Virus record (IMG/VR): IMGVR_UViG_3300025435_001056
Span: 64,001-128,000 of that record
DNA: 64,000 bases
Direction: 5' to 3' (one strand)
From: a virus
Below, piece by piece: positions 20,260-34,600 of the stretch. How positions within the stretch are numbered: position 1 is the first letter of the stretch; every line of letters starts with the position of its first letter. The translations under genes were made by a program, and so were the position numbers. Under the pieces are notes generated by a model, which saw nothing but the letters and a program-made list of their open reading frames with translations, was not told the DNA's origin and ran no database searches.

Positions 20260-20841
20260 TTAGCACCATTGGGTAGGATCGCCGATAGTTGGGCTGATCA
20301 GTCTAAAGGTAGCTGGGAAGTTCCAGGTGCCAGGCAAGGTATAGATTGGCCCATACTGGTAAGTGTTGGAGCCCGGAGTCTGCCACGCCGTGGTGTAGGT
20401 ATTGACCACGCCCATGTTAAAATATACATAATCGGCATTTTCATACCACATGCCAACCAAGGCCACACCACCGGTCAAGGTGCTACCCGAGCCCCAGGTC
20501 ACATTGAACATATAGACCGTGTTGTTGGTAGTGTCCAGACCGTGCGTGTCAAAATAAGCCTTGATTTCGGCCAGTTTGGCTGGATTACCACCTTGTGCTG
20601 CGCCCAGTAACGGAGTGTAAAATTCTCTACCAGGTCCGTATGTGGGTTCTCCGGCGGTGGCAAATCCCAAGTTGCTGTTGGGGGTAACGCCGCCACCATT
20701 GTTCCAGGCAGTAAAATCCGAGGACGACAGCACAAATCCTCTGGTGCCGGCTGTGATGTTGGCCGGACCATTGGACTTGAGTGTGACGCCGCGGGTAGGG
20801 TCTTGTTGTGCTAGACTGATTCCTTGATTGTTTACGCTCAT
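20260..20841 (-). CDS. Hypothetical virion-associated protein
   Basis: G/T/N-rich; AAGGA RBS; within fibre operon. Confidence 0.6.
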   Translation of the reverse strand: MSVNNQGISLAQQDPTRGVTLKSNGPANITAGTRGFVLSSSDFTAWNNGGGVTPNSNLGFATAGEPTYGPGREFYTPLLGAAQGGNPAKLAEIKAYFDTHGLDTTNNTVYMFNVTWGSGSTLTGGVALVGMWYENADYVYFNMGVVNTYTTAWQTPGSNTYQYGPIYTLPGTWNFPATFRLISPTIGDPTQWC

Positions 20842-20850
20842 TGTTTATCC

Positions 20851-21660
20851 TTATACTCCAAAGAATCCGCCAAACTCCACCGCACGATAGCGATAGTAGG
20901 CCGTGGATGCTGTGGCATCTGTTGTGGCATATACCTGTAGTAATCCACTGCCGTTGACATTGGCAGTGTAGGTTGCATGTGGTATAGATCCACTTGTAGT
21001 AGATACTGTGCCCACGGCCACATTGGCAGTGCCGCCTTGATTTTTAGTAACATAAATCGCGGCCAGTTCTGTGTCGCTGTCACTGGTAGTGCCGTATTGG
21101 TAGTTGATTCGTAACTCCAAGGCTATAATGGTAGGGTCACTCACAGTATAGACCAAGGTCGGCGTGTTGACGCCAATGGTAGGATCTACACTCTTGCCCG
21201 GAATAATGTCGGCCACACCGGCGTTGCCATTGCGGATAATGGTTCTGCTGATATAGATATTGCCAGTGTCGCTGGGTGATCCCAGGCTGAAATCCACAGC
21301 AGTATTAGCTGTGGTAATACCCGGAATAGGCAAGTCATTGGGTTGATCACTAACAGTTAATCTACCCACAAATACATTCTTGTCCGCGGTGATTTCACCG
21401 CCTGTGGCATATAGATTGTCAAACACCGCATGTATGGTGCCATCCACTGTCAGGGACTGTGTAAAATCGCCACCCACGCCCACAGTCACATTGCTGGTAG
21501 TGCTCAAGGTGCTGACATTGCTGATGTTGTAGCCGTTGCCATCCAGGTTAGCAGTGAGTGTGCCGCCAAATGTGCCGGTTGGACCGGTGGCACCTTGTGC
21601 GCCAACTATGGCCAGTTGCCACGATGATGTTCCTGAGTCCCAATATTTTAATACTGACAT
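20851..21660 (-). CDS. Fibre protein with a short collagen-like segment
   Basis: LKYWD....W, GAQGATGPTG, LTANLDGNGYNISNV module. Confidence 0.7.
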   Translation of the reverse strand: MSVLKYWDSGTSSWQLAIVGAQGATGPTGTFGGTLTANLDGNGYNISNVSTLSTTSNVTVGVGGDFTQSLTVDGTIHAVFDNLYATGGEITADKNVFVGRLTVSDQPNDLPIPGITTANTAVDFSLGSPSDTGNIYISRTIIRNGNAGVADIIPGKSVDPTIGVNTPTLVYTVSDPTIIALELRINYQYGTTSDSDTELAAIYVTKNQGGTANVAVGTVSTTSGSIPHATYTANVNGSGLLQVYATTDATASTAYYRYRAVEFGGFFGV

Positions 21661-21676
21661 TTTGTTTTCCTATTCA

Positions 21677-24667
21677 TTAACTGTTTGATATGTAGGTTAT
21701 GGTTCCACCTATGCTGAGATTGGCACCCAGATCCGCAGCCGTAGCCCGTTTCAACTGCAAACTACTGCCTGTTACATAGTAGGCATACAGGGCAATGGTT
21801 GAGCTGTTGCTTGCAATAGTGCCGGTATAAACTTCAAGTTGCCCGGCACCAGCATAGTCCACACTCTGTAACGATCCTTGATAGCCGGGTTGATTGGCTG
21901 ATGTAAATGGCAGTCCAGTGATGGTGGCATTGCCCACGCCTGTATTGACACTGGTAACAATATCAAAGTTCAACACAACCAAGTTACCGGTCTTGATATA
22001 GTTACCAATCTGTGTGACATAGGTCTGGCTTCCTTGTGTGTTTGCAAACTGTAAGGTTGGTGTCCACGAACCTTGACTTTGTGTGGTAGCCGCGGTATAT
22101 TGTGTGGTAGCATCGCTAAATGTAATAGAGTTAGCTGTGACAGAATTGATGTTGCTGATACTGTAGCCTTGGCCATCTATGTTGGCAGTCAATATACCAT
22201 TAAATGCGCCGGTTGCTCCTGTGGCACCGGGTTCACCTGGATTACCTTGGACGCCAGTAGCACCAGTTGCGCCATTAGTTCCGGGTGTTCCTGTGGCTCC
22301 AGTAGCACCTGTAGTTCCTTGACCACCTGGCAAGCCCGAAGGTCCTGTGGCACCTGTGGCACCTGGGTTACCAGCCACGCCAGTGGCACCTGTAGTGCCC
22401 ATTACGCCTGTAGCACCTTGTGGGCCAGTAGCACCAAATCCACCTGCGGTCCAGCTCAATACGCCTGTGCCATCTGTGGTCAAGACCTCCCCGTTGCTAC
22501 CTGTATCAACCGGCAGGGTCAATGTGTAGCCAGCTGTGCCCGCGTTAGGCTGTAGCACAACATTGTTAGATCCTAGGCCAGTGCCAATGCTTGATACATT
22601 GGCTATGGAGAAGCTTTCACCATCCATGTTCTGTGTCAAAGTGCCGGCAAATACTCCAGTGGCACCTGTTGCGCCTTGAACACCTGTAGCGCCTTGAACA
22701 CCTGTTGCGCCAATAAAGCCCTGTATGCCAGTGGCTCCATTAAAGCCCTGTATACCAGTAGCACCAACAAATCCTTGAACTCCAGTGGCTCCATTAAAGC
22801 CCTGTATGCCGGTAGCACCCTGAATACCCTGTATGCCAGTGGCACCAACAAATCCTTGTATGCCTGTAGCTCCATTAAAGCCCTGTATACCAGTGGCGCC
22901 CTGAATACCTTGAACTCCAGTTGCTCCAGTAGTTCCTTGAATTCCGGTCGCTCCAACAAAACCTTGTATGCCAGTAGCTCCCTGAATACCTTGTATGCCA
23001 GTGGCACCAACAAATCCTTGAACTCCAGTAGCACCCTGGAAGCCCATTACACCAGTAGCACCATCGAGTCCTGGCAAGCCATCATTACCAGCATTGCCCA
23101 TAACACCAGTGGCTCCCTGGAAGCCCATGATGCCTGTAGCACCTGTTGTGCCCATTACACCTGTTGCACCTGTGGCACCAATTCCGGTAGCACCAGTGGC
23201 GCCTACTGCGCCCACTGCGCCATCCAAGTTCACTGTCCAGGTTGTGGATGGTGTGGCTGTGGCATGTGACGCATCAGTTATTATAGCACTCAAAGCGCCA
23301 GTGCCTGAATCGTAACTGCTGATCGTGCCTACTGTGTAATCGGTGTAGTCATATAGATATGCAATCACGATGCTCTGTGCTGGTGTATAAGCAAGTCCAG
23401 TTTCAACAGTCAAAGTAATGGTGGCTCCATTTACATAATCGCTCAAACTCAAAAGTGAGCTTGAAGTGGTTGAATACTTGTCACCATTGGTTCCAGCTAC
23501 ACCTGTTGCACCAGTGGTTCCTTGGACTCCGGTAGCTCCCTGAACTCCGGTGGCTCCAACGAAGCCCTGTATGCCAGTGGCACCTGTAAAGCCTTGTATG
23601 CCGGTTGCGCCAACCAAGCCTTGAACACCAGTTGCCCCTTGGAATCCTTGAACTCCAGTTGCCCCAATAAAGCCCTGTATACCAGTTGCGCCAACCAAGC
23701 CCTGTATACCAGTTGCGCCTATAAAGCCTTGGATACCGGTTGCTCCTTGGATACCGGTTGCTCCTGTAGTTCCGTTTATGCCTGTAGCACCTGTTGTGCC
23801 CTGAATACCCGTTGCACCAGAGAATCCCATTACTCCAGTGGCACCAGTTGTGCCTGAGATACCAGTGGCACCAGTTGTTCCATGTATGCCAGTAGCACCC
23901 TGGAAGCCCATTACTCCTGTTGCTCCAGTAGCACCAGCACCGGTAGCACCTGTGGCTCCTACTACACCTGTTGCTCCTGTAGCGCCAACACCTTCGATGC
24001 CAGAAATACTAGTATCAAGCCATAATATATTGTGGTCAGCAGGTGCTGTTGATTGAGCAACAATACCCTGATCTCCAGTGGCACCCGTGGCTCCTGTAGT
24101 GCCTATGCCAGTCGCGCCAATCGATCCCATAACACCAGTAGCACCAGGGAATCCCATTACACCGGTAGCACCTGGGAAGCCCATAACACCTGTTGCACCT
24201 GTAGTGCCAGCGATACCTGTCGCGCCAGGGAATCCCATGACGCCAGTAGCACCAGTAGTTCCTGCTACGCCAGTGGCGCCTGTTGAACCTATGCCAGTTG
24301 CACCAACAAATCCTTGAACACCAGTTGCTCCATTAAATCCTTGAATGCCTGTAGCACCTGAGTTTCCTTGTATGCCGGTAGCACCTGTTGTGCCCATTAC
24401 ACCGGTAGCACCTGGCAAGCCCATCACTCCAGTGGCACCCGTTGTTCCTTGTGGTCCTGTGGCACCTGAGAATCCCATCACTCCCGTGGCACCTGAGTTT
24501 CCTTGTATGCCGGTAGCACCTGTGGCCCCTACTGATCCCCCAATACCGGTGATGTTTGAACCGTCACCATAAAGATAACTTCCTGCGGTACCTATTACAT
24601 TGCCTACAATGTTACCGGTAGTGCTAAACCCGCCGTCCGAGTTGAATGGTGTTATGTTTGCTGACAT
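21677..24667 (-). CDS. Collagen-like tail/capsid fibre protein (996 aa)
   Basis: Long G-X-Y runs (GAT GIQ GFx); C-terminal Y.K.GNLV...ITGLPF fibre-tip domain. Confidence 0.85.
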   Translation of the reverse strand: MSANITPFNSDGGFSTTGNIVGNVIGTAGSYLYGDGSNITGIGGSVGATGATGIQGNSGATGVMGFSGATGPQGTTGATGVMGLPGATGVMGTTGATGIQGNSGATGIQGFNGATGVQGFVGATGIGSTGATGVAGTTGATGVMGFPGATGIAGTTGATGVMGFPGATGVMGFPGATGVMGSIGATGIGTTGATGATGDQGIVAQSTAPADHNILWLDTSISGIEGVGATGATGVVGATGATGAGATGATGVMGFQGATGIHGTTGATGISGTTGATGVMGFSGATGIQGTTGATGINGTTGATGIQGATGIQGFIGATGIQGLVGATGIQGFIGATGVQGFQGATGVQGLVGATGIQGFTGATGIQGFVGATGVQGATGVQGTTGATGVAGTNGDKYSTTSSSLLSLSDYVNGATITLTVETGLAYTPAQSIVIAYLYDYTDYTVGTISSYDSGTGALSAIITDASHATATPSTTWTVNLDGAVGAVGATGATGIGATGATGVMGTTGATGIMGFQGATGVMGNAGNDGLPGLDGATGVMGFQGATGVQGFVGATGIQGIQGATGIQGFVGATGIQGTTGATGVQGIQGATGIQGFNGATGIQGFVGATGIQGIQGATGIQGFNGATGVQGFVGATGIQGFNGATGIQGFIGATGVQGATGVQGATGATGVFAGTLTQNMDGESFSIANVSSIGTGLGSNNVVLQPNAGTAGYTLTLPVDTGSNGEVLTTDGTGVLSWTAGGFGATGPQGATGVMGTTGATGVAGNPGATGATGPSGLPGGQGTTGATGATGTPGTNGATGATGVQGNPGEPGATGATGAFNGILTANIDGQGYSISNINSVTANSITFSDATTQYTAATTQSQGSWTPTLQFANTQGSQTYVTQIGNYIKTGNLVVLNFDIVTSVNTGVGNATITGLPFTSANQPGYQGSLQSVDYAGAGQLEVYTGTIASNSSTIALYAYYVTGSSLQLKRATAADLGANLSIGGTITYISNS

Positions 24668-24677
24668 TTATTTGTCC

Positions 24678-27600
24678 TTAGTCGTATGTCTGGTTAAATT
24701 CTACAACATCAAATGTAAAGTAGTATGATCCATTGCTGGCTGTTCCGTTACCAGTAGCAGTGGCATTGATGAACATGGTGCCGTAGATGGGATCATAGGC
24801 AGGAACAATCACCACATCATCTTCGGTTGGATCTGTTTTGAGTCGATTGGTTATGCTGTAAGTTATGTCGCCAGAATCATTTCTGGCGGCAAAAATATCG
24901 GCCATCTGCATGTTTTGTGGTGTGCCGGCTCCGTGTTGGATACGCATGGTCATCCGAAATGCCCAGACCTTTGCGTTGTATGCGGTGTAGACCACCTGTG
25001 GAGAGCCAAAATCAGCACTCTGTATGAGGGTAGAAATTGTAACTTGATTGGTGCTGCCCGAGTTAGGTGATATGATTCTGCGTGTGCCGTATAGGCCCAG
25101 CTGCTCACCTTCGTAAGGGTTACCTGGATCGTAACTATTTTCTGTGCCAATCTTGACTGCGGGCAATATTACCTGACCGGATTCGTTGAACACGGTGGCT
25201 TTTGAGTTGACAGTTAGAGTTATATTTCCCCAGTCACCGTCGCCTTGCCCGGCATTGATTAGCACACTACCACCTACGGTCGCACAGCCAGTTGCGGTGC
25301 CACCATTCAATACCAAGGCTCCACCGGCCGAAGGAAGTCCACCTATACCGTTGGTTGTGCTGCCGCCACTCAAGACCAATGCACCAGCTATACGGTCAGT
25401 ATTGGCAGTTGCCCCAGTGATATACATTGTATTACCAAAATTGTTGCTGGTGATATTACCACCAACATTTAAGGTGCCGGTATTATCAAACTGCCAATAA
25501 CCTTGTGATCCAGTGCCATCACCATAGGTTGTGATATCAATATTACCATCTGGATAGGCTGTGAGACAACCAGCATAGTTTCCGTTGGCATAGAAACTGG
25601 TAAAGCTGGTTGGATTACCATTGCCACCATCCAGGCCTGTCCAGCCCTTGCCAGCAAAGCCTAGGCGGCCGCCACTTGGTAGGTATATCTCGCCATCTGC
25701 ACCAAAAGTCCAAAATCTGGTTGTGGTATTGGCAGTGTCATAAGTTTCAATGACAACATTGCTCAGGGTATTGACTGTGCTGATTGTGGTATCACTAAAG
25801 GTAATATTGCCAGTGTTGGCTGTGCCACTGCCCAGACTGACCTGAATGCCGTTGGCATAGTTTACAGCAAAAGTGTTGCCCGGTAATGTTAGGTTACCGG
25901 TTGGGTCAAAGGCCCAGGTCTTAGGGCTGGTGCTGTTGCCGGTAAGGACCAAGATGTTGCCATCGGCATATGAGTTGAAATCTATGGTGGCTATGTTGCC
26001 GGGACTGAAGGCATTGGTTACCCAGCCTACAGTGGCTGAAGCATTGGCACCTGCACCATATATTGCTAATACATTTCCATTATTGATCAACACTGATCCT
26101 GGTGCAATACCTATATCTCCAAGGTAGAGATTACCGTTGGTTTGGAATGAGTTGGCTGTGATATTGCCAGTGGTGCTGACGGAGTTGCTACCAAATGCAC
26201 CCAGCAAGGAAACCACATTTGAATCACCGTAGTTGCCGGTAACTCCATTCAAAATACTAACACCATTGGCATAGTTGATATTGCTGGTATTCAATGGTAG
26301 GGTTAGGTTGCCGGTGGTATCAAATGTCCATGTGTTGGCTGTACCGGCTTTGTTGCTTTGGATGCGCACATTGGTGGCGGCCATGAAGTCGGAGTTAGTA
26401 TCAGTGACAGCGATTCTATCCTGACCAGCTCGTTTCACATAGAAGTTGGCCGCGGAATTGATCGTCATGTTGGTTCCGCCATCTACTTTGATGTAACCGT
26501 TGTTGGTTGTACCGCCATCACTGCTGAATACGATCTGATCAAAAGCATCGGTATTCAGTAAGGTGATTGCGTTGGAGAATACATTGCCCACAACACTCAT
26601 GACAGCTGGGCCACCAGTAGAGGCCACAATAAACTGTCCATTGTAGGGTGATAAAGTTACAACACCAGCTTCAGATTCAAAAATCGTGCTGCCACCGCCA
26701 TCCCAGACAATAGCACCACTGGTAGCACCGGTGTTTTGACCGATATGCACATTACCGGCACCGTCAAAGGCCAAGTAGTTGATATAACCGTCGTTATCTA
26801 CACCGTTGACAAATCCTACCACATTGCCTACGCCTGACAGACCGCCTAAGCTCACATTGCTGGCCACCAACTGAGCACCTGTTAAGTTGAAGTTAATGTT
26901 ACCGGTGGTATCAAAAGTCCAAGAATAATCTGTGCCTGCATTGGTATTGATTGTGACATTGCCGTTGGCCATAGGAATGGACACATTGCTGAGACCATTA
27001 TAAATTGTGTTGGCTGTGCCGCCGCCTGCTGGTCCATAAGTTAATTCGTTGGTCGTGCTGTTGAAGTAAACAGCATTGGCAGTGTTGCTGGTATCATTGC
27101 GAACAGGATTAACATAGAATCCTGAGTTAGTTGGGTTTTGTGCCATAACAGCACCAGAGCCGTTTAATACAATGCTGTTTGCTGGTTGATTTGTGTAGCC
27201 AGCATAATATCCAATGGCTATAGCATTATCGCCTTGAGTTTCACCGCCAGCATAGTTACCAATGGCTATGGCATTGTTGCCTTGCTGGTCATAGGCTGCT
27301 GAGTAGCCAATGGCCACAGCAAAATCATGTTGGTTAGTTTGACCGGCGTAAGGACCAACAGCTACTGAATATTGTCCTTGTCCTTCGCTACCAGCACTAT
27401 CACCGACAGCAACACTGCTAGCACCTTGATTATTACCAGTCAAATAGCCAATGGAAATATTGTTTGGACCATACAAATTGTTGATATTGCCAATATTGGC
27501 CCAGGCTACTGAAATTCCTGTGAGGTTTGAACCGTCGCCGTGTAAGTAAGCACCAACAATGTTGCCAGTGGTTTCTATGTTAGCACTTCCTGTTAATGCA

Positions 27601-29489
27601 ACATTGCCGGTATTGATCACCCATGGTCCAGGACCACTACTGTTTACATCGAATTCGATATTGCCACCGCTGCTACTGATGTAAAGAGTTGGAGTGGCAT
27701 CAAAACCAATATAACCTAGATTGTTACCATTTTGAACAAAATACAAATCAGCATATGGGTCAACATACACACTGGCTGAAAAACCAGTTATGCTGTTAGA
27801 CAAAGTAGAGGTATTGCCCCAGCTTAGTATGCCTGTGCCATCTGTAGTTAATACCTGTGTGTTGCTACCAGTATCAACTGGAAGTGTAAGTGTGTAGCCT
27901 GCTGTGCTAGCATTGGGTTGTAGCACTACATTGTTGGTGCCAAGGCCTGTGCCAATACTGCTGACATTGGCGATTGAGAAACCTTCACCATCCATGTTTT
28001 GAGTAAGTTGGCCACTGAATACTCCAGTGGCGCCTGTAGCACCTATTCCAGTGGCTCCAGTTATGCCTGTAGCACCTGTAGTTCCTGCTACGCCTGTGGC
28101 ACCTGTAGTGCCTTGAATACCTGTAGCACCAGTTGTGCCCATGATACCTGTCGCGCCCTGGAAGCCCATGACGCCAGTAGCTCCCTGGAAGCCCATAATA
28201 CCAGTTGCACCAATCACACCTTGTATGCCAGTGGCTCCCGCAAATCCTTGTATACCAGTTGCACCTTGGAAGCCCATGATACCAGTGGCACCAGTAGTTC
28301 CTTGAACACCAGTTGCACCAGCAAAGCCCATGATACCTGTAGCACCAATCAAGCCCTGTATGCCGGTGGCTCCCTGAATGCCCTGAACTCCAGTTGCACC
28401 TGAAAAGCCCTGTATGCCAGTAGCTCCCGTAAATCCTTGAATACCTGTAGCACCGGTTGAACCTATGCCAGTAGCACCAGTAGTTCCTTGAACACCAGTA
28501 GCACCTGTTGAACCAGTTGGCCCTTTGATTGTGCCCACATCAGTCCAGGTTCCGCCAGCATATACCCATAGGTCGCCGGTAGTTTGATCTATAACGCCAT
28601 CACCATTGACTGCACCTGGGAAAGCGGCGTTTAATGTTGCCTGCGGATCACCGCCCACAGTGGGCACCGATCCAATAATTGTTACACTGGTTCCTGTAGC
28701 ACCTACAGGGCCAGTGGCTCCACGCACACCTGTAGCACCAGTAGGTCCTGTAGCACCCGAAGCACCAATGCCTGTGGCTCCAATAAGGCCGGTAGCACCT
28801 GTAGCACCTGTGGTGCCTTGTGGTCCTGTAGCACCTGTTGTGCCAACTCCAGTGCTGCCTGTTGCACCACGAATGCCTGTGGCACCAATAAAGCCCTGTA
28901 TACCAGTGGCACCCGAAGCACCTCTAACGCCTGTGGCACCAATAAAGCCCATGATGCCCGTAGCACCCGGTGTTCCTTGTGGGCCAGTTGCTCCAGTAGT
29001 TCCTTGAACACCTGTTGCACCCGAAAATCCCTGAATACCAGTGGCTCCCTGGAAGCCCATAACGCCAGTGGCACCTGTAGTGCCAACTCCGGTAGCACCT
29101 GTGGTTCCACGAATGCCTGTTGCTCCTGGTGTGCCTTGTGGGCCAGTGGCTCCAGTAGCACCAACTCCAGTTGCTCCTGTAGTTCCCGGTGATCCAGTAG
29201 CGCCAGTGGCACCTGTTGTTCCCTGTGATCCTGTAGCTCCCGTGGCACCTGTGGTTCCACGAATGCCTGTTGCGCCTGTAGCACCTGTATATGAGGGTCC
29301 AGAAGCACCTGCTGCACCTGTAGCGCCTGTAGCGCCGGCTGAACCTGTGGCACCTGTGGCACCTGTGGCACCATTGACACCACCTGTGGCCACCCATTTG
29401 GTGCCGTCATAAGTGTAGGCCACACCATTCGAGGCAGTATACATGTCGCCTGGGTTGGCTGGGTAGGGAAAAACGATGTTTGTAGTCAT
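24678..29489 (-). CDS. Collagen-like fibre protein with YadA-head-like repeats (1603 aa)
   Basis: G-X-Y runs; AVAIG..A...QG.NAIAIG repeats; FD.TGNLTLP repeats. Confidence 0.85.
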   Translation of the reverse strand: MTTNIVFPYPANPGDMYTASNGVAYTYDGTKWVATGGVNGATGATGATGSAGATGATGAAGASGPSYTGATGATGIRGTTGATGATGSQGTTGATGATGSPGTTGATGVGATGATGPQGTPGATGIRGTTGATGVGTTGATGVMGFQGATGIQGFSGATGVQGTTGATGPQGTPGATGIMGFIGATGVRGASGATGIQGFIGATGIRGATGSTGVGTTGATGPQGTTGATGATGLIGATGIGASGATGPTGATGVRGATGPVGATGTSVTIIGSVPTVGGDPQATLNAAFPGAVNGDGVIDQTTGDLWVYAGGTWTDVGTIKGPTGSTGATGVQGTTGATGIGSTGATGIQGFTGATGIQGFSGATGVQGIQGATGIQGLIGATGIMGFAGATGVQGTTGATGIMGFQGATGIQGFAGATGIQGVIGATGIMGFQGATGVMGFQGATGIMGTTGATGIQGTTGATGVAGTTGATGITGATGIGATGATGVFSGQLTQNMDGEGFSIANVSSIGTGLGTNNVVLQPNASTAGYTLTLPVDTGSNTQVLTTDGTGILSWGNTSTLSNSITGFSASVYVDPYADLYFVQNGNNLGYIGFDATPTLYISSSGGNIEFDVNSSGPGPWVINTGNVALTGSANIETTGNIVGAYLHGDGSNLTGISVAWANIGNINNLYGPNNISIGYLTGNNQGASSVAVGDSAGSEGQGQYSVAVGPYAGQTNQHDFAVAIGYSAAYDQQGNNAIAIGNYAGGETQGDNAIAIGYYAGYTNQPANSIVLNGSGAVMAQNPTNSGFYVNPVRNDTSNTANAVYFNSTTNELTYGPAGGGTANTIYNGLSNVSIPMANGNVTINTNAGTDYSWTFDTTGNINFNLTGAQLVASNVSLGGLSGVGNVVGFVNGVDNDGYINYLAFDGAGNVHIGQNTGATSGAIVWDGGGSTIFESEAGVVTLSPYNGQFIVASTGGPAVMSVVGNVFSNAITLLNTDAFDQIVFSSDGGTTNNGYIKVDGGTNMTINSAANFYVKRAGQDRIAVTDTNSDFMAATNVRIQSNKAGTANTWTFDTTGNLTLPLNTSNINYANGVSILNGVTGNYGDSNVVSLLGAFGSNSVSTTGNITANSFQTNGNLYLGDIGIAPGSVLINNGNVLAIYGAGANASATVGWVTNAFSPGNIATIDFNSYADGNILVLTGNSTSPKTWAFDPTGNLTLPGNTFAVNYANGIQVSLGSGTANTGNITFSDTTISTVNTLSNVVIETYDTANTTTRFWTFGADGEIYLPSGGRLGFAGKGWTGLDGGNGNPTSFTSFYANGNYAGCLTAYPDGNIDITTYGDGTGSQGYWQFDNTGTLNVGGNITSNNFGNTMYITGATANTDRIAGALVLSGGSTTNGIGGLPSAGGALVLNGGTATGCATVGGSVLINAGQGDGDWGNITLTVNSKATVFNESGQVILPAVKIGTENSYDPGNPYEGEQLGLYGTRRIISPNSGSTNQVTISTLIQSADFGSPQVVYTAYNAKVWAFRMTMRIQHGAGTPQNMQMADIFAARNDSGDITYSITNRLKTDPTEDDVVIVPAYDPIYGTMFINATATGNGTASNGSYYFTFDVVEFNQTYD

Positions 29490-29528
29490 GGGACCAATCC
29501 TGTTATCTTGTATTTAGTTTGATTCGTA

Positions 29529-30914
29529 TTACACACCGTATCTACTCCTTACAGCGGTATAATTTTGTTGTATTTCTGCTGTGGTCAAGGCACGATTATA
29601 GATCAAGGCCTGGCCAATTTTGGCATTCAAGTATTCTGAATTGTTGGTAACGCCAATGCCTAGGGCACTGGTAGTAACATTGTGACTGCCGCCCGGAGTG
29701 TCAGACGAGATCTGTGTGCCGTTTACCCAAAGGCTACGAGTAGTGCCGTCAAATTTGGCCACCACATTGAACCATTGTGTTACTGGGCTGAGACTACTGC
29801 TACCCACTAAATCATTGCCCCACCAATAGTTGTATAAACTATTATTTCCATTGTTTCTGAGTGCGTTTACCAAGTTGGTGTTGCCCCAGGCACTACCAAT
29901 ACCAATGATACCGCCATTACCCCAACTGCCGCCCATTTGAATCCAGGCACTCAAAGTATATGAGCTATTACCAGTGGGAATTCCAGTGGTAGTGGCTTTA
30001 TTAAAGTAGCCGTTACTGGTTAGAGTAAAGTAGCCGCCGCCCGAAGCGGTATATGTGATATTACTGGAATTCTGCATGACCACATTGTTGTTTTGACCAC
30101 TGAGATCATACCAAGTGGTGCCAGATCCTGGGTAACTTGCGGTGCTGTTGGCGTCAAGATACAACTGTAATCCACTGCTAACCGTGCCAAAATACTGGTT
30201 GTAAACAGCGTTGTAGTTTTGCTGTATTTCACTGGAGTTCAAGGCTCTCCCATAAATGGCCACAACGCCAATGTCACCATACCAATAGTTATCAGACAGT
30301 GCCACAGCTTCCCCACCGTTGGTGGCCCACTGACTCAGTGTCTGTCCTGGAGTAGTTCCCACAGCTTGTCCATTCAGGTAATAAGTCACCAGTCCAGCTC
30401 CAGTTTCAGTTACAGCTACCACGAACCATTGATTGGCTGTAATTGAAATATTGTTAGATAATCCTCCACCGCCAACTGCACTGAAATGTATTTGATAATT
30501 GTTTGATGTGTCGTGGTGTATATAGGTATTGAAGTTCCTGTTACCGCTGACCGAGCCAAATAAACAACGATACTGATCAACACCTGCGGTCCAGGCACTG
30601 GCGTTCATCCTGGCCACAATAAATGTGGTCTTGCCTGTATAGGTTTGATTGTATTTGGCAGTAGGGGTGCTGGCATACTGTGAGCTAGTGCCATTGAAAG
30701 AGAAGTAACTGGCTGTGCCAACATTGGTAAATGCAGGACTTCCGACCAGGGTGGCATTGTTGGTGTTGGTTGACAGATCAGTCCAGGTAGTGCCTGATCC
30801 GGCGTAACTGGCTGTATTGCCAGCGTTTAGGTATAACAGAGCACCGGCGGAATTAAACGATGAGTCATACACATTAAAGCCTTGTATGTTTATACCTTGA
30901 ATTATTGTTGTCAT
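29529..30914 (-). CDS. Tandem LamG/concanavalin-like lectin protein
   Basis: Two copies of LYL(D/N)A...SY.GSGT.W.DLS ... IY.RAL...EIQQNY. Confidence 0.85.
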   Translation of the reverse strand: MTTIIQGINIQGFNVYDSSFNSAGALLYLNAGNTASYAGSGTTWTDLSTNTNNATLVGSPAFTNVGTASYFSFNGTSSQYASTPTAKYNQTYTGKTTFIVARMNASAWTAGVDQYRCLFGSVSGNRNFNTYIHHDTSNNYQIHFSAVGGGGLSNNISITANQWFVVAVTETGAGLVTYYLNGQAVGTTPGQTLSQWATNGGEAVALSDNYWYGDIGVVAIYGRALNSSEIQQNYNAVYNQYFGTVSSGLQLYLDANSTASYPGSGTTWYDLSGQNNNVVMQNSSNITYTASGGGYFTLTSNGYFNKATTTGIPTGNSSYTLSAWIQMGGSWGNGGIIGIGSAWGNTNLVNALRNNGNNSLYNYWWGNDLVGSSSLSPVTQWFNVVAKFDGTTRSLWVNGTQISSDTPGGSHNVTTSALGIGVTNNSEYLNAKIGQALIYNRALTTAEIQQNYTAVRSRYGV

Positions 30915-31615
30915 ACGCCAAATCTACCTTTCAACCCATAGTAGTTTTGTTGTATCTGTTCTACTGTGAGTTTGGTGTTATACAGTTCTAAATTGGCCAC
31001 ATAGCCCCAGGGCTGATCATTGGCCGTTTGTATATTACCCCAGGCATAGTGATACTGCCCAGCCACTGATTTGGCCACACTGGATCCAACCTGTTGGCCG
31101 TTGATATAGAATGTCTGACCTGAGGCATCGCCTACTGTGGCAAATTGGGCCCAGACATCACCATAGGCCGCCATGTTGTAGCCCGAACTGTTGAATCCAG
31201 TGTTAGCAGGAAGATTATCCCACATGCCCAACAGATTAGTCCCTGAATTAACAATGATGGCGTGACCGCCTGTTCCATAACATCTTAGCAGGGTTCTAAA
31301 AGGTGTTGTAGTGGATCTTACCCGCACCCAGCTGATGTAGGTAAAGTTTGTGGGTATCTGTATTGTAGTTGAGTTGGCTAGGATAACCTGCCCAGTGGCA
31401 CTACAGTTAAAACATTTTACGCCACTCAGCGTAGTATAAAGATTACTATTGCTCAAGGTATGTGTGTAACCATTTCCTGACAGGTCGTTTACAGTAGTTC
31501 CTGTGCCTGAATAGCTGGCAGCATTGTTGGCATCGAGATACAGAACCAGCCCAGTGGGCATGACGCCACCATCCACAACTCTTATTCCACGGAGTGCGAC
31601 ACCTTGTACGATCAT
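30911..31615 (-). CDS. LamG/concanavalin-like lectin protein
   Basis: GLVLYLDA...SY.GTG...DLSG ... LYN..L...IQQNY; ATGA overlap at 31612-31615. Confidence 0.85.
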   Translation of the reverse strand: MIVQGVALRGIRVVDGGVMPTGLVLYLDANNAASYSGTGTTVNDLSGNGYTHTLSNSNLYTTLSGVKCFNCSATGQVILANSTTIQIPTNFTYISWVRVRSTTTPFRTLLRCYGTGGHAIIVNSGTNLLGMWDNLPANTGFNSSGYNMAAYGDVWAQFATVGDASGQTFYINGQQVGSSVAKSVAGQYHYAWGNIQTANDQPWGYVANLELYNTKLTVEQIQQNYYGLKGRFGV

Positions 31616-34600
31616 AGATACTCTAGGGCAACATGACAACACAACTGGCTGGAAGTACTACCGCCAGTTGAAGCACCTACAGCAATCCAGGTTCCTGCTG
31701 GAGTCCAACTAGTAATATCAATAGCATTGTCACATACTCCGGTGTCGCCAGTATACACATAGGCATATCGCTGTGCGCCTACTTTTCTAACCATGATACG
31801 GCTGGTTTGCCAGACGCCTTGATACACTACACCTGCTCTAAAGCTGACAGCGTTGCCGGTGGTAGCACCATTGCTATACCACTGTGTTCTAAGGTTAGTA
31901 TAAGTCAAGTATCTCAAGCCAACGGCACCGTTGGTTACACCTAATGGTTGCGAGGCACCGCCGTTGGTGTTGCCACCAAATGTGGCCCAGACACCATCTG
32001 CTGGATTAGATCCGCTATTGCTGGTAAACCAGGACCATTCCATGACAAAATCTTTGGTAAAATCAAAAGTAGTGGTATTCCAGGCCACCGAACCACTCTT
32101 GGCGGTGGTGTTGGCGGTGAGTTGAACACCGTCACTGAAGTTTGAGTAAGTAGCATCACCTAAGATCGATCCTGTAATTGACCCACCTGTGGCAGGTGTG
32201 CCGTGAATCATTGCAGTCCAGTCAAACTTGCGTTGATTAGCAAATATGGCCGGAGTGCTTGAAGACAATACAATATTACCAGCAGTGGTAATGATTGATT
32301 GGGCGTTGCTTAAAACAATATCACCACCGGCCGGTATGGTCAAATTACCGGTATTGTCAAAGGTCCAGGTATAACTGCCGGCTACAATGCCCACATTGGC
32401 CTGCGATCCTACAATATTGCCAGCGGCACTGTAAGTCACATTGGTCAGGCCAGCACCATTGCCAATGAAGTTACCGGCTGATATGTTACCTGTGGTAGAG
32501 ATGCTGTTACTGCCAATATTGGCCAAGTTGGCATTGCCATAACTGGCTGGTAATCCAGTAAGTTGGCTACCATTACCTATGAAGTAGTTGCCGGTGATAT
32601 TACCAGCGGCACTGATCACAGACTGTGTGTTGGCCAACAAGATGTCGCCTCCTGGCGGAACTGTTAGGTTGCCAGTGTTGTCAAAGGTCCAGGTATATGC
32701 GCCTGCTACCAGTTGAACATTGGCGCTGGTTCCGGTCACATTGCCGGTGATGTTTATGTTGCCAGTTATGTTGCCGGCTGTGATATTGCCTGTGGTGCTG
32801 ATCGTGTTGCTACCGTAGGCGGCCAAGAATGTTGCCACATTGCTATTGCCATAGGTAGCTGGTAATCCAGTGAGTTGGCTACCGTTACCAAACAAGTAGT
32901 TGCCGGTAATGTTGCCAGTAGTGCTAATCGTGGCCACATTTGAGATTGAGTAGCCTTGCCCATTGAGATTGGCAGTTAGGTTACCACTGAAACTTCCTGA
33001 GGCACCCGAGGCACCTGTGGCTCCTATGACACCTTGTAATTCTGTAGCACTAATAACTGGAGCAGTGCTTTCGCCCCAAGTAATAGTGGCACTTGCTCTT
33101 GGCATTTTCCAAGAATATGTGTATGTGCCAGCCGGTGGGTTATCTATGAAAACTTGGCATACGCTTTGATTTTCGTTGGCTGCGCTGGATTCAAAGAATT
33201 GTGGATTGCCCAGGGCCACAGCACCACGATACCATTGAACAGTTCCAAAAAATGCCGCAGAATTATTGACAGCATCACCCGAACCTACCAGTTCAACTGG
33301 ACCGCCGGTGGTTGTGATGGTCAGGCTCAATATTGTGCCATTGGCATTGACCACCGGAGGACTGGAAACATTGCCCAAGACCTGAACATAGTTCAATGAA
33401 CTCAATGCTCCGGCTCCGGTTGCACCGACTGGTCCTTGTAGGCCAGTTGCTCCGGTTGCGCCATTTGCGCCCGCTGTGCCAGTTGCACCTGTGGCACCCG
33501 AAGCACCAGCTGAACCCGAAGCACCTGTAGCACCATTGGCTCCTGCTGTGCCTGTTGCTCCACGAGCTCCGGTGGCACCTGTAGGACCAGTTGCTCCTGT
33601 GGCACCTGGTGTGTTGGGTGCGGCATCTACCCATTGGCTGCCTGATCCATCGGTATACCACAGGTATAATCTGCCAGAAACTTCATCCCACCAGAGTGTA
33701 GATGCTGTGGGACTGGTTGGTGCTGTGTTGCTTTGTATGATACTGCCCGAACCGCCACCTCCATTGCCAGTGCCCGAAGGTGCGGCCTGCACCCATTGGC
33801 TGCCGGACATGTCGGTATACCAAACAAAGAATGTGCCTGATACAGTGTCCCACCACAAGGTACTGCTGGTTGGTGATCCTGGCGCTGTATTACTCTGTAT
33901 GACTCCGCCGCCGGTGCCGCTGATGTTGGTCAGTTGACTGCCGTCGCCGATAAAATAGTTGGCTGTGATGTTGCCTATGTTGCTGATGCTGAAACCATTG
34001 CCATTGATGTTGGCAGTGAGATTTCCGTTAAACGCACCAGTAGCACCTGTGACGCCTGTGGCACCAGCTACACCTGTAGCACCTGTAGTGCCAGCTACAC
34101 CCGTGGCTCCAGTCTGTCCATCAACACCAGTGGCACCTTTAACGCCTGTGGCACCAGCTACACCTGTAGCACCTGTAGTGCCAGCTACACCCGTGGCTCC
34201 AGTGGTGCCTTTTACACCTGTGGCACCTGATGCACCTATGCCGGTAGCACCTGTAGGGCCTTGAACGCCTGTAGCACCTGGTGTTCCCTGTGGTCCTGTA
34301 GCACCAGTTGATCCACGAACACCTGTGGCACCCACAGTTCCTGCAACACCTGTAGCACCTGCGGGTCCTTGTGATCCAGTGGCACCGGTTGATCCACGAA
34401 CACCTGTGGCTCCTGGAGATCCAGTGACACCTGTAGCACCTGTGGTTCCACGAACACCCGTAGCTCCAGTAGAACCTATGCCAGTGGCACCTGTGGTTCC
34501 TTGTGGTCCTGTGGATCCCTGAACACCAGTAGCACCAGTTGTGCCAACACCAGTGGCTCCTGTGGTTCCACGCACACCTGTAGCCCCTGTTGCTCCACGG